A DNA stretch of 64,000 nucleotides, from positions 124,001 to 188,000 of the IMG/VR virus record IMGVR_UViG_3300046787_000200; one strand, 5' to 3'. This document shows, in pieces, positions 7,459-16,930 of this stretch (positions are counted from its first letter, which is position 1; each line of letters opens with the position of its first letter). The position numbers were made by a program, and so were the translations under genes. Below the pieces are notes generated by a model, which was not told the origin of the DNA, made no database searches, and saw only the letters and a list, made by a program, of their open reading frames with translations.

Positions 7459-8439
7459 ATGTTTGATATCCTATCAATAATTCCCGGTAAAAAGAAATTA
7501 ACACACGGTGGATGGCATAGTTTTAATGCTATCTGCTGTAGCCATCGCGGGCATAAAACTGACAAACGTAGTCGAGGTGGTATTAAGTTTGACGGGCAAA
7601 ATAATTGGTCATATCATTGCTTTAATTGCGGTTTTAAATGTGGGTTTATGTTGGGTAAAAGTATTACTCAAAATACAAAAAGTTTATTGCAATGGTCGGG
7701 TATTGATCCTACACAAATAAGTAAATGGAGTTTAGAAAGTTTACAGCATAAAGATTTACTAGACTTTACTAATCTTAAAAAACAAAAATCAAAAATAAAA
7801 TTTAAAGAACATACATTGCCTGAAGGTGAGTTAATAGATGTAAATAATCCATTACACAAAGTATACACAGATTATCTGTCTGCTAGGTCGATAAATTATA
7901 ATGACTACCCGTTCTTAGTTACACCTAACGATACTGGCAGACAGTCAAATAGAATCATTATCCCCTACACTTATAACAATAAGATTGTTGGGCATACGAG
8001 CAGATTCTTAGATAATAAAATCCCTAAATATATTAACGAGCAACAACCAGGCTATGTATTTGGTTATGACTTTCAGAAACCCGATTGGGAAGTATGTTTG
8101 TTAGTTGAAGGTATCTTTGATGCATTAAGTTTAAATGCTTGTGCATTAACACATAATACAATCAACGATGATCAAGCACAAATACTAGCACAATTGAATA
8201 AACGTATTATCTTTATTCCAGATAGAGATAAGACAGGTTTAGAAACTTGTGATAGAGCATTAGAACTAGGTTATAGTGTAAGTATTCCTGATTGGGAAGA
8301 TGAAATCAAAGATGTAAATGACGCGGTAGTTAAGTATGGTAAGTTGCCTACATTGCTCAGTATATTGAGTAGTGCGACAACTAGTAAAATCAAAATAGAA
8401 CTACAGAGGAAGAAAATTGAAAAAAGATTACGAAAATAA
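7459..8439 (+). CDS. DNA primase (Zn-finger + TOPRIM)
   Basis: CCSH...YHCFNCG zinc ribbon; RIIIPY; LVEGIFDAL and DRD TOPRIM motifs. Confidence 0.88.
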   Translation: MFDILSIIPGKKKLTHGGWHSFNAICCSHRGHKTDKRSRGGIKFDGQNNWSYHCFNCGFKCGFMLGKSITQNTKSLLQWSGIDPTQISKWSLESLQHKDLLDFTNLKKQKSKIKFKEHTLPEGELIDVNNPLHKVYTDYLSARSINYNDYPFLVTPNDTGRQSNRIIIPYTYNNKIVGHTSRFLDNKIPKYINEQQPGYVFGYDFQKPDWEVCLLVEGIFDALSLNACALTHNTINDDQAQILAQLNKRIIFIPDRDKTGLETCDRALELGYSVSIPDWEDEIKDVNDAVVKYGKLPTLLSILSSATTSKIKIELQRKKIEKRLRK

Positions 8440-9859
8440 AAAAGATTATAGCGTTGATGTGCAAAAGATATTTTTGCGTATGATGATTACTGAAGCCGAA
8501 CTCTATACTAGGGTTATGAATATTCTCAATAGTGAGAATTTCGATAGAACACTAAGACCAGTTGCAGATTTATATAAAGAGCATACGAACAAATATAATG
8601 TATTGCCAGATCCAGTGCAAATCAAAGCAATTACTGGACAAGATATTGAACCAGTTCCTAACTTAAATCCTAGTCACTTTGATTGGTTCTTAGATGAGTT
8701 TGAATCATTTACTAAACGACAAGAATTAGAACGTGCTATCCTCAAAGCGGCTGATCTATTAGAGAAGGGCGATTTTAGTCCAGTTGAAAAACTAATCAAA
8801 GACGCAGTGCAAATTAGTTTGCAGAAAGACATGGGAACTGATTACTTTGCAGATCCTGCATCACGTATTAACAAATACTTTAATAGTGGTGGACAAGTTT
8901 CAACAGGCTGGCCGCAAATGGATCGTATCTTATATGGTGGTTTCAGTCGAGGTGAATTGAACATCTTTGCAGGTGGTTCTGGTTCAGGTAAGTCTCTTGT
9001 TATGATGAATATCGCATTGAACTGGTTGCAAGCAGGTATGAGTGGTGTTTATATCACACTTGAATTGAGCGAAGAACTAACTAGCTTGAGAACAGATGCT
9101 ATGTTGACTATGATGGGCACGAAAGCTATTCGTAAAGACATTGATAATACCAGTTTGAAAGTTAAGATGGTTGGTAAAAAGTCTGGTCAATATCGGGTTA
9201 AAGCATTACCTGCACAAAGTAATGTAAATGATATTCGTGCTTACTTAAAAGAAGTACAGATTCAAACAGGTATTAAGATTGACTTTGTGATGGTTGACTA
9301 CTTAGACTTGGTTATGCCTGTCTCTGTTAAAGTTAATCCTAACGATCAGTTCATCAAAGACAAGTATGTTGCAGAAGAATTGCGTAACTTAGCTAAAGAG
9401 ATGGGTATCTTGTTAGTCACAGCTTCACAGTTAAATCGTAGTGCTGTTGATGAAATTGAGTTTGACCATAGTCACATTGCTGGTGGTATCTCAAAGATTA
9501 ACACAGCAGATAACGTGTTCGGTATCTTTACAAGTCGTAGTATGCGTGAACGTGGTAAGTATCAGATTCAATGTATGAAGTCACGTAGTTCAACAGGTGT
9601 AGGTCAAAAAATTGACTTAGACTATGATATGGAAACTATGCGCATTAGTGATAGTGATCCTGACAATGAGAATAGCTATACTCCTAAACCTAGTGCTAAT
9701 CAAATTATGAGTCAATTAAAGCCACAATCTACATTAGCGTCAACAGAACCTATTATTGATCAAACTACAGGGGAGATATTAGAGCCTGAAAATAAGAAAA
9801 TCGTAGCAGATGTTCAGGGTTCTAAACTAAAGGCAATGCTAAAGGGTTTAAAGAAATAA
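8417..9859 (+). CDS. dnaB: Replicative DnaB/gp41-like helicase
   Basis: TTG start with GAGGA SD; Walker A GGSGSGKS, Walker B MVDYLDL, TASQLNR, KSR. Confidence 0.92.
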   Translation: MKKDYENKKDYSVDVQKIFLRMMITEAELYTRVMNILNSENFDRTLRPVADLYKEHTNKYNVLPDPVQIKAITGQDIEPVPNLNPSHFDWFLDEFESFTKRQELERAILKAADLLEKGDFSPVEKLIKDAVQISLQKDMGTDYFADPASRINKYFNSGGQVSTGWPQMDRILYGGFSRGELNIFAGGSGSGKSLVMMNIALNWLQAGMSGVYITLELSEELTSLRTDAMLTMMGTKAIRKDIDNTSLKVKMVGKKSGQYRVKALPAQSNVNDIRAYLKEVQIQTGIKIDFVMVDYLDLVMPVSVKVNPNDQFIKDKYVAEELRNLAKEMGILLVTASQLNRSAVDEIEFDHSHIAGGISKINTADNVFGIFTSRSMRERGKYQIQCMKSRSSTGVGQKIDLDYDMETMRISDSDPDNENSYTPKPSANQIMSQLKPQSTLASTEPIIDQTTGEILEPENKKIVADVQGSKLKAMLKGLKK

Positions 9860-9895
9860 AACCTAAAAGTAGATAAATACTATTAGGAAACTAAT

Positions 9896-10144
9896 ATGCA
9901 AAAACAAACTCGCAGTCTCTTAGAAGAACTAGAAGCAATTGGTAACAATAGGGACACGACCCACATTATTGAGAGTCGTGGCCACAATATTATTACTAGT
10001 GCTATCAATCTCATAGAGATGATTAACCGTAATTATAGTCCAGAGCAAGCCGCCATTTTAGAGCGTAAATTGTTAGGAGCTATTAAGAGCAAGGACCAAG
10101 CAAAGTTTTCCAAATCATTAAGGAAAAACCGTGAAGCTGAATGA
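9896..10144 (+). CDS. Hypothetical late protein
   Basis: ATAAATA at 9873-9879, AGGA SD. Confidence 0.7.
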   Translation: MQKQTRSLLEELEAIGNNRDTTHIIESRGHNIITSAINLIEMINRNYSPEQAAILERKLLGAIKSKDQAKFSKSLRKNREAE

Positions 10145-11981
10145 ATTTAAAGAATCAAAACTAAATGAAATAGACTTAAGCTCATTTTTAGGAGATTATG
10201 GATCTGCCGCTGTAAGATCAGGGGTAGGATCAATGATGGGGAAAAATGTATTAAGTACTGCAGATCAGATGGCCAAAGATGAATTCGTTAAGACCTTCAC
10301 TAGTCGTGCTAATAGTGGATTGCAAAGTGCGATTAACAGCGGGTTAGTTGATGTTAATGCCGCAGGTAAAGGTGCGGCAACTACTGCACAATCTACTACT
10401 CAACCACAAGCACAACAAGGTGCTCAAACTACTCCAGCAAATGCAATTGCACAGAAGCGTATTGATGCACAGAAACTAGCACAGCAACGTGCTGATGCTG
10501 AAGGTAAGCCGATCAGTACCGCACCAAATCGGGCTGCTCCTAATCCAGCACAGATAAGACAACAAAAACAACAAGCCGCGGCACAATCTGCACAGCAACA
10601 AATGGCTCCAGTTAGCAAACTACCTGCTAATCAATTCGCAAAGAGTGCGGCTAATGTAAGACAAGCTCAACAGGGTCAGGCTGCTACAGCCGCTCAAGGA
10701 CAAATGACTCCTAAAGTTGCAGGACCTACTCCTAAGACACCTGAACAGATTAGACAAGCTAAACAACTGGCTGCTACTCAAGCCGCACAAGGTCAAATGA
10801 ACCCTGCAAGTAAATTACCTGCAGACCAGTTTAATAAGAGTGCTGATAATGTAAGACAACAACAGCAAGCCACTGCAACTCAAACTGCACAAGGTCAAAT
10901 GGCTGCACCTAAGCAAGTTGATCCTAGATTTCCTAATGTTAAGTATGACGGAGTTACAGGTGAACCTACCCCTGAATGGCAGAAAGAGTTAGACAAGCAA
11001 GAGGCAGCCCGTGAAGTAGAGTATCAAGCAAATCTCCAAAAATCAAAAGCCGCTGCCGCTGAACGAGATGCACAGAATGCTGAGTTAGTCCGACAAGGTC
11101 TAAGGCAAAATCCGTCTAACGTTACGAATAACGTTACACAAACAACTACTGCACCTGACAATGTAAAAATAACAAACGGTGATCCTGCAGAAATACAAGC
11201 AAAAATGCAAGCAAAGATTGATGCAATGAAGGAAAAGAATCCTAAACTTGCGGCTGCAATGCAAGCAGAGATAGATAGTCAGTTCAAGCAAGATAAGCCA
11301 GACAATACTATTCAGATGCCTAATCGTAGTGGAAAGCCTAGAAATTCTGGCAAAAAAGCATTTAATCAGATGGCACAAGATTTAGGTAAGGTTGCTGAAA
11401 GTCGCTTTGCTAAACTAAACTATATCTTTGAAAGTATTTTAGCTGAACAAGATCCTGCACAAGGTGCGACTAAACAAACTATCAGTCAATATATCACTAA
11501 CTTCTTCAAACAGTTTATGAAGAATGTAGATATTAGTGATCCTACTGTAATGACTAATGTAGCATCATTGGCTAAAGAGTTAGAGCAAAACTATGCAAAA
11601 GATAAAGGTAAAACAACATTACCTAAGTTAGCTAACTTAGCATATTCTGTCAGTCATGCACAACAGTTGAAAGATCCAGAACAGGCTCAAACTACAAAGT
11701 CTGCACAACCGACACCAGCAACAACTGCACCGCAAAGTTCTACACCTCAAACAACGCAGGCGTCAACTCAGCAAGCTAATATGACTGTTGCACAAATCAA
11801 AAAATTAATGCAAGGTATGAATACTAAGCAGAAACAATCTATATTGACAGCATTACAATCAGAATTAAGTAAAGATACTCCTCCTAATGTTTCTGTAGGC
11901 CGACAAAAAAATAATAAAAAAGCAATGGACCCTTCAGATGCAAGATTATTAGCTGTAGCAAAACAACAAGGTAAGATTTAA
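10131..11981 (+). CDS. Q/A/T-rich putative internal head protein
   Basis: GTG start, MKLNEFKESKLNE N-terminus, low complexity, about 54 aa internal duplication. Confidence 0.6.
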   Translation: MKLNEFKESKLNEIDLSSFLGDYGSAAVRSGVGSMMGKNVLSTADQMAKDEFVKTFTSRANSGLQSAINSGLVDVNAAGKGAATTAQSTTQPQAQQGAQTTPANAIAQKRIDAQKLAQQRADAEGKPISTAPNRAAPNPAQIRQQKQQAAAQSAQQQMAPVSKLPANQFAKSAANVRQAQQGQAATAAQGQMTPKVAGPTPKTPEQIRQAKQLAATQAAQGQMNPASKLPADQFNKSADNVRQQQQATATQTAQGQMAAPKQVDPRFPNVKYDGVTGEPTPEWQKELDKQEAAREVEYQANLQKSKAAAAERDAQNAELVRQGLRQNPSNVTNNVTQTTTAPDNVKITNGDPAEIQAKMQAKIDAMKEKNPKLAAAMQAEIDSQFKQDKPDNTIQMPNRSGKPRNSGKKAFNQMAQDLGKVAESRFAKLNYIFESILAEQDPAQGATKQTISQYITNFFKQFMKNVDISDPTVMTNVASLAKELEQNYAKDKGKTTLPKLANLAYSVSHAQQLKDPEQAQTTKSAQPTPATTAPQSSTPQTTQASTQQANMTVAQIKKLMQGMNTKQKQSILTALQSELSKDTPPNVSVGRQKNNKKAMDPSDARLLAVAKQQGKI

Positions 11982-13133
11982 ATGAACTTAACAGAAACAT
12001 TAGCTTATCTTAGAAACAAAGTAGATGCTATATCTAATGTAATCACAGAAGATAAAGGTCACTTAGATCATCCGGAAGATTTAATATTCTTACGAGGTGT
12101 TCAAGGTGCTAATCAAGCTGTTCAAGCAATGGCTGATACTGTGGCTAAACCCGAAAAGGTAACAATCAAATGGGATGGATATCCTGCATTGATATTTGGT
12201 CGTAACAGCAATGGCAAGTTCAGTATATTAGACAAACATATGTTCAATAAGAAAGATGGCAGTGGTCGTCAAGTATTCAGTCCAGAACAGTTTGCTCAAT
12301 ATGACCAAGCACGTGGAGTAAATCGCACAGACTTACATCAGTTAATTGCACAAATATGGCCTGGATTAGAAAAATCTGATAGAAGTAAGGGTTATTATTG
12401 GGGTGATTTGTTATTTAGTAAACCATTAGTAGAACAGAACGGGCTATACACATTCAAAGCAAACCCTAAGGGTATTACATATACTGTAGATACAAACAGT
12501 GATTTGGGTAAATTCTTGGATGGTAAAAATTCAGGTATTGTAGTACATGGTTACATTCCCCCGGACGCATTAACAACTGACCAATCAACTCCTTTAGATG
12601 GCACTATTGGCAATCTTAAGAATAATAGCGATGTAGCTATATTACCTGCTAAAATGCCAATCACTCCTAATCTAAAGTTAAATGCCACATTACTTAAGAG
12701 AGCGCAATCAGCTATACAAAAGTATGGACAAGCAGTAGAACAGTTAATGACTACAGCACCTCAAGCCAGAAATACATTCAATCAATTGTTCACTACGTAT
12801 ATTAATAAGCGTATTGTAGCAGGAGACCTGAATGATTTGTATGCAGGATTTATTGAGTATGTTAATTCTAGACCAATGACTGATAAGATGCGTGAGAAGA
12901 TTAATCAACACTTAGCAGCCAACAAAGCCGGCGTAGTGGGAGCATTTACTATCTGGGTAGCTGTCTACAATCTCAAAATGAACATTGTGGACCAGCTGAA
13001 TAAAGCCGCAAAAACTGCCCCTGTCAAGGGTTATTTAGATGATGGCACACAAACACAAGAGGGTTTTGTGAGTCACGGGCTTAAATTTGTAGATAGAATG
13101 GGTTTCAGCCGTCAGAATTTGGCTGGAAGATAA
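11982..13133 (+). CDS. DUF6267-like protein with ligase-type KxDG motif
   Basis: HLDHPED...TIKWDGYPALIFGR...DKHMFNK; family assignment from memory of the motifs. Confidence 0.6.
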   Translation: MNLTETLAYLRNKVDAISNVITEDKGHLDHPEDLIFLRGVQGANQAVQAMADTVAKPEKVTIKWDGYPALIFGRNSNGKFSILDKHMFNKKDGSGRQVFSPEQFAQYDQARGVNRTDLHQLIAQIWPGLEKSDRSKGYYWGDLLFSKPLVEQNGLYTFKANPKGITYTVDTNSDLGKFLDGKNSGIVVHGYIPPDALTTDQSTPLDGTIGNLKNNSDVAILPAKMPITPNLKLNATLLKRAQSAIQKYGQAVEQLMTTAPQARNTFNQLFTTYINKRIVAGDLNDLYAGFIEYVNSRPMTDKMREKINQHLAANKAGVVGAFTIWVAVYNLKMNIVDQLNKAAKTAPVKGYLDDGTQTQEGFVSHGLKFVDRMGFSRQNLAGR

Positions 13134-13215
13134 GCCCAAAACCGACATTTTTTTATGCCAGGCATAAATATATACATGAATCTATAGGATTCAAAAATTT
13201 TAAAGGAAAATTATC

Positions 13216-13638
13216 ATGGCAGGATTTACAAGAACACACGGTGATGCACAACCGGTATTTGCAATTGACGTACAAAATGGTCCAGTAGCACCATCAACAG
13301 CGGCTGACGGCACGACTACAAACTTTATCGGTCCAGCAATGGACTTCTTCGGTTTTGACCTAGGTGCTGCTCCTACAACACAATTGGGTGTTGACGAGAT
13401 GGTTGCACAAGTATTAGTGTCTATCGAACAATTAGCTACAGTTATGATTTACTCTGTATCAGCTACAGCAAACGTTACAAACATGTCTGTTGCAGTTTAT
13501 CCAGTTGGCGCATACTCTGCGGCTGACCTACAAACACAAATTCGTGCTTTAGGTACAGTTAACGGTTATGACCTATCTGGTGCTACAGTAACAAACGTTG
13601 GTTTCCGTTTAGCTTCTACAGCTACAAGCGCAAGCTAA
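13216..13638 (+). CDS. Small, probably abundant virion structural protein
   Basis: Own late box (13164-13170), AAAGGA SD, own terminator, Ala/Thr/Val-rich. Confidence 0.65.
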   Translation: MAGFTRTHGDAQPVFAIDVQNGPVAPSTAADGTTTNFIGPAMDFFGFDLGAAPTTQLGVDEMVAQVLVSIEQLATVMIYSVSATANVTNMSVAVYPVGAYSAADLQTQIRALGTVNGYDLSGATVTNVGFRLASTATSAS

Positions 13639-13658
13639 TCAGAAGTTTAACTTCAAAG

Positions 13659-13688
13659 AAATCCGAGATTTATTCTCGGATTTTTTTT
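13659..13688 (+). terminator. Intrinsic terminator
   Basis: AAATCCGAGA-tttat-TCTCGGATTT followed by a T run. Confidence 0.85.
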
Positions 13689-13704
13689 GCCTCTAAATAC
13701 ATAT

Positions 13705-14163
13705 ATGAGTTTTAAACTAAATTGTTACACGTTATTTGATATTACACAAACCGGTGTAATTAATAGAAATCGTCCTGAATCAGAAGACGACCTTGAGATT
13801 TGGCTACACAACAGAAATACACAATGCAATTTTGATACAATAGTTCAAGCAATATCATTACGTGGTCAGCCTGAAGATATTACTGTACCGATTAAATCGA
13901 TGATAAAATTTGAAGATAATGAAGATTTTGGATTCTTATTAGAAAATGAAGAACTTACACCATGTTGGACTTTTAGTTTCACTATACAACATGCTAGTGT
14001 TTTTAATGATGGTATTACTGAATTAGGTTCACTATATAATGATTGCAATGGTGTTCCTATGATTAAAACTAATACAGCATGGGATAAGTTACCTGCATTT
14101 TTAGACTCATCTATTGAGTTACGAAATATCTATTTTAAGGTGGTTCCCAATGAAGAAAATTGA
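13705..14163 (+). CDS. Hypothetical late protein
   Basis: Start moved to ATG13705, 5 nt after TAAATA. Confidence 0.7.
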   Translation: MSFKLNCYTLFDITQTGVINRNRPESEDDLEIWLHNRNTQCNFDTIVQAISLRGQPEDITVPIKSMIKFEDNEDFGFLLENEELTPCWTFSFTIQHASVFNDGITELGSLYNDCNGVPMIKTNTAWDKLPAFLDSSIELRNIYFKVVPNEEN

Positions 14164-14641
14164 TATTAGAAAAGTAGAAAAACGATTAGATAATATTATA
14201 GCAACTAGCGAATTTAGTAAGCTACAAGATATTGTAATTTTCCAAGATACAGATGGATCGTATAACTTGTTTAATAAATATAGAATTAAGAAAATAAGTT
14301 CAGCAAATGTAGAAGTATCACTAATTAAAGGTGATAGTATTAACTCTTTTTTAAATGTCAAAAATGCAGTATGCTGGTGTGTATTGGATAAATTAGGTAA
14401 ATATAGTTTAGCTAATCGTGTAATTGACTTAGATATGATTTTAAGTAGTGTAGATGTTCATATTGCAATACATTCAAATTTATTTAAAAAAGCAAAGAAA
14501 ACAGAAGATAAATTGATATATCTAGCAAAATTAAACCAAGACAAGTTGCAAAAGAAAGCAATGAGTGAGGAGTTGAATGAATACATAGAGAATTCCTACA
14601 GTTGGCAGCAAAGAAGATTTACACTAAAATCCGAACATTAA
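14150..14641 (+). CDS. Hypothetical protein
   Basis: ATG14150 preceded by TAAGGTGG SD. Confidence 0.65.
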   Translation: MKKIDIRKVEKRLDNIIATSEFSKLQDIVIFQDTDGSYNLFNKYRIKKISSANVEVSLIKGDSINSFLNVKNAVCWCVLDKLGKYSLANRVIDLDMILSSVDVHIAIHSNLFKKAKKTEDKLIYLAKLNQDKLQKKAMSEELNEYIENSYSWQQRRFTLKSEH

Positions 14642-14683
14642 ATAAAAAAAGATAAATACATTATATTAGCTTGGAATACAACT

Positions 14684-15391
14684 ATGAAATTAACCGATTT
14701 TGACAAAAACCCAATAGAGAACGCAACTAGAGCGTTAAAAGAACATTATGACGTTCCGTTTAATGTTCAAAGAATGTCTTATGCACAAGCACGAGATATG
14801 CTTTATAAAGTTCGCGGACTTATGAACGAAACAAAGAAATCTACGGGTTTCTATGAAAGCCAACAGAATTCTGCATACTTAAAACTTGTGTTTATGGAAC
14901 AAGCATTAAGCAAGCATTTTGCTGAAATTAGCTTACGTAAACCACGTATCGTTGTAGAGAACGAAGAAGTAGAAAAGTCACAAGTAGTTTTGGCTGCACA
15001 AGATATGGTCGACCAAGTTCAGAAAATGGTTGAAGAAGTATCTGATATGTTAGTAAAAGAATTACCTGCATTGACTGATAGTGTTCAATCTGAGATTGGT
15101 GTTAATGAAAGCTCTACTTTCAACCAACAAGTATCTGAAGCACTAACTTCATTACAAGCCGCACTAACACAAAGTCAAGCTACGTTGAAGGCTGCATTGA
15201 ATAGCATTACCGGTCAAGGTGGTGCTGAAGCATTTGATGCAGGTGGTGATATGGCTGGTGACATGGGTGCTCCTGCTCCAGGTGAAGAGGAAGTTGGATT
15301 AGATATTGATGCAACTGCTGAACTACCTGCTCCGGATATGGAAGAGCCTGAAGCAGAACCAATCGGTGGTGTTGGTCGTCCAAAGAGATAA
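14684..15391 (+). CDS. Putative head/scaffold-associated coiled-coil protein
   Basis: Late box at 14652; helical core, acidic P/G-rich tail, ends GRPKR. Confidence 0.55.
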   Translation: MKLTDFDKNPIENATRALKEHYDVPFNVQRMSYAQARDMLYKVRGLMNETKKSTGFYESQQNSAYLKLVFMEQALSKHFAEISLRKPRIVVENEEVEKSQVVLAAQDMVDQVQKMVEEVSDMLVKELPALTDSVQSEIGVNESSTFNQQVSEALTSLQAALTQSQATLKAALNSITGQGGAEAFDAGGDMAGDMGAPAPGEEEVGLDIDATAELPAPDMEEPEAEPIGGVGRPKR

Positions 15392-15393
15392 TC

Positions 15394-15714
15394 ATGCGCT
15401 TGTATGAATTCACCAACAGCCCGTTATCAGTTAGGCTGGTCGCTAGTACCAGCCAACTAAAGAGCGAGATTGATTCTGGTAAATTACATAGCGATTGGAC
15501 AGTTCCTGAATTATTGCAATATTATAGAGATAATGATATTATCATTGATAAATCAGATTTATATAATATGATACAACAACAACCATTGAATAAATTTATT
15601 GATAACATTCAAGGTGACAAAATTATTTTTAAAGGTCAAACTCCCGAACAAGAAGCTGGACCTGACGAGAATCAAAAAATTGTCCAACAAATGGCACAAA
15701 ATGCAATGAAATGA
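15394..15714 (+). CDS. Hypothetical protein (MRLYEF N-terminus)
   Basis: 106 aa ORF in the late operon. Confidence 0.65.
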   Translation: MRLYEFTNSPLSVRLVASTSQLKSEIDSGKLHSDWTVPELLQYYRDNDIIIDKSDLYNMIQQQPLNKFIDNIQGDKIIFKGQTPEQEAGPDENQKIVQQMAQNAMK

Positions 15715-16031
15715 TAAGCTTAACAGACAAAGCATCAAACAAGATTCAACAAACAATACAAAAACGAGGCAAAGGCCTAGGCATTCGCATAGGTGTTAAA
15801 ACTACAGGATGCTCAGGTCTTGCCTATGTACTTGAATATGTTGATAACCCACAAGAACATGATATCAAAGTAGATTGCAATGGATGCAATTTATTCATTG
15901 ATCCAAAAAGCTGTGCATATGTTCAAGGCATGACTATTGATTATGTTCGTAACGGACTGAATGAAGGATTTGAATTCAGTAACCCAAATGAACGTGATAG
16001 ATGTGGGTGCGGTGAAAGTTTTAGAATCTAA
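15711..16031 (+). CDS. iscA: A-type Fe-S cluster carrier IscA/HesB
   Basis: KTTGCSGLAY and C-terminal RCGCGESF with the three conserved Cys. Confidence 0.95.
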   Translation: MISLTDKASNKIQQTIQKRGKGLGIRIGVKTTGCSGLAYVLEYVDNPQEHDIKVDCNGCNLFIDPKSCAYVQGMTIDYVRNGLNEGFEFSNPNERDRCGCGESFRI

Positions 16032-16930
16032 TGTACATCGCCACTGTAACATGTAATAGAGATTTTCAACAAATGCTTTTACAAGTTGAAAGCATTAGTA
16101 AATTCGTAGAACCATGTACTCATGTAATTGTAGTAAATGAAGATAAACCTGATTTAGACTTTTGGTATAGATGGCTAAAACCATATTATACTAATCATAA
16201 GTTAAACATCGTTCCGAGAATTAAATATGAACATCCCATATCACTTCCTAAATCAAAGGGGAAGTTTGCACAAGCTGATGCAACAAGTATCGGATGGCGA
16301 ACGCAACAATTGCAAAAAATGTTGCTAGCATATGAATTCCAAGACGATTATCTATTATTAGATTCAAAGAATTTTTTTACTAGAAAAACTAATATTAATG
16401 AATGGTGTAATATAATAGGTAGTGGTGCTTTTGTAGAATCAACCGATACAAATCATTTTACATCCTCAGCTAAAATATACAGTGAATTGTTAAATGAACC
16501 GTTAGAATTTTATTTGAAACCACAGACTCCTTTTAAAATTAGTAGATACCCTTTAATTACAAAATGTGAACTTAGTAAACTAGGTCATTTACTTTTTTAC
16601 CCTGAATCTCAAGGGCATCCTGCATCAGAGGGAATTTTCTACTCATGTATTGCAAAAGATGAAATGCTACAATTTCGTAGTTCTTATAATCCAGACAATA
16701 GGAATTATTCTACAATGTGGGCTAGAAATAAAGCAGACATTCCTAGAATGATATTTGATATTACGTTATCTGATAAAATAAAAGTTTCTGCTGTACATAG
16801 AGAATTGTTATCTAAAATTGATGCAACCGAATTAGAAATTTTGAATTTTTGGATAACAAGTGACAGCCCAGACTTTGGATTAGGATTAAAAAATAAAATT
16901 TATCCTATGCCTAGAGATAGTTATGTCTAA
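16031..16930 (+). CDS. DUF6492-like putative GT-A glycosyltransferase
   Basis: GWRTQQLQKML...DYLLLDSKNFF pattern. Confidence 0.5.
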   Translation: MYIATVTCNRDFQQMLLQVESISKFVEPCTHVIVVNEDKPDLDFWYRWLKPYYTNHKLNIVPRIKYEHPISLPKSKGKFAQADATSIGWRTQQLQKMLLAYEFQDDYLLLDSKNFFTRKTNINEWCNIIGSGAFVESTDTNHFTSSAKIYSELLNEPLEFYLKPQTPFKISRYPLITKCELSKLGHLLFYPESQGHPASEGIFYSCIAKDEMLQFRSSYNPDNRNYSTMWARNKADIPRMIFDITLSDKIKVSAVHRELLSKIDATELEILNFWITSDSPDFGLGLKNKIYPMPRDSYV

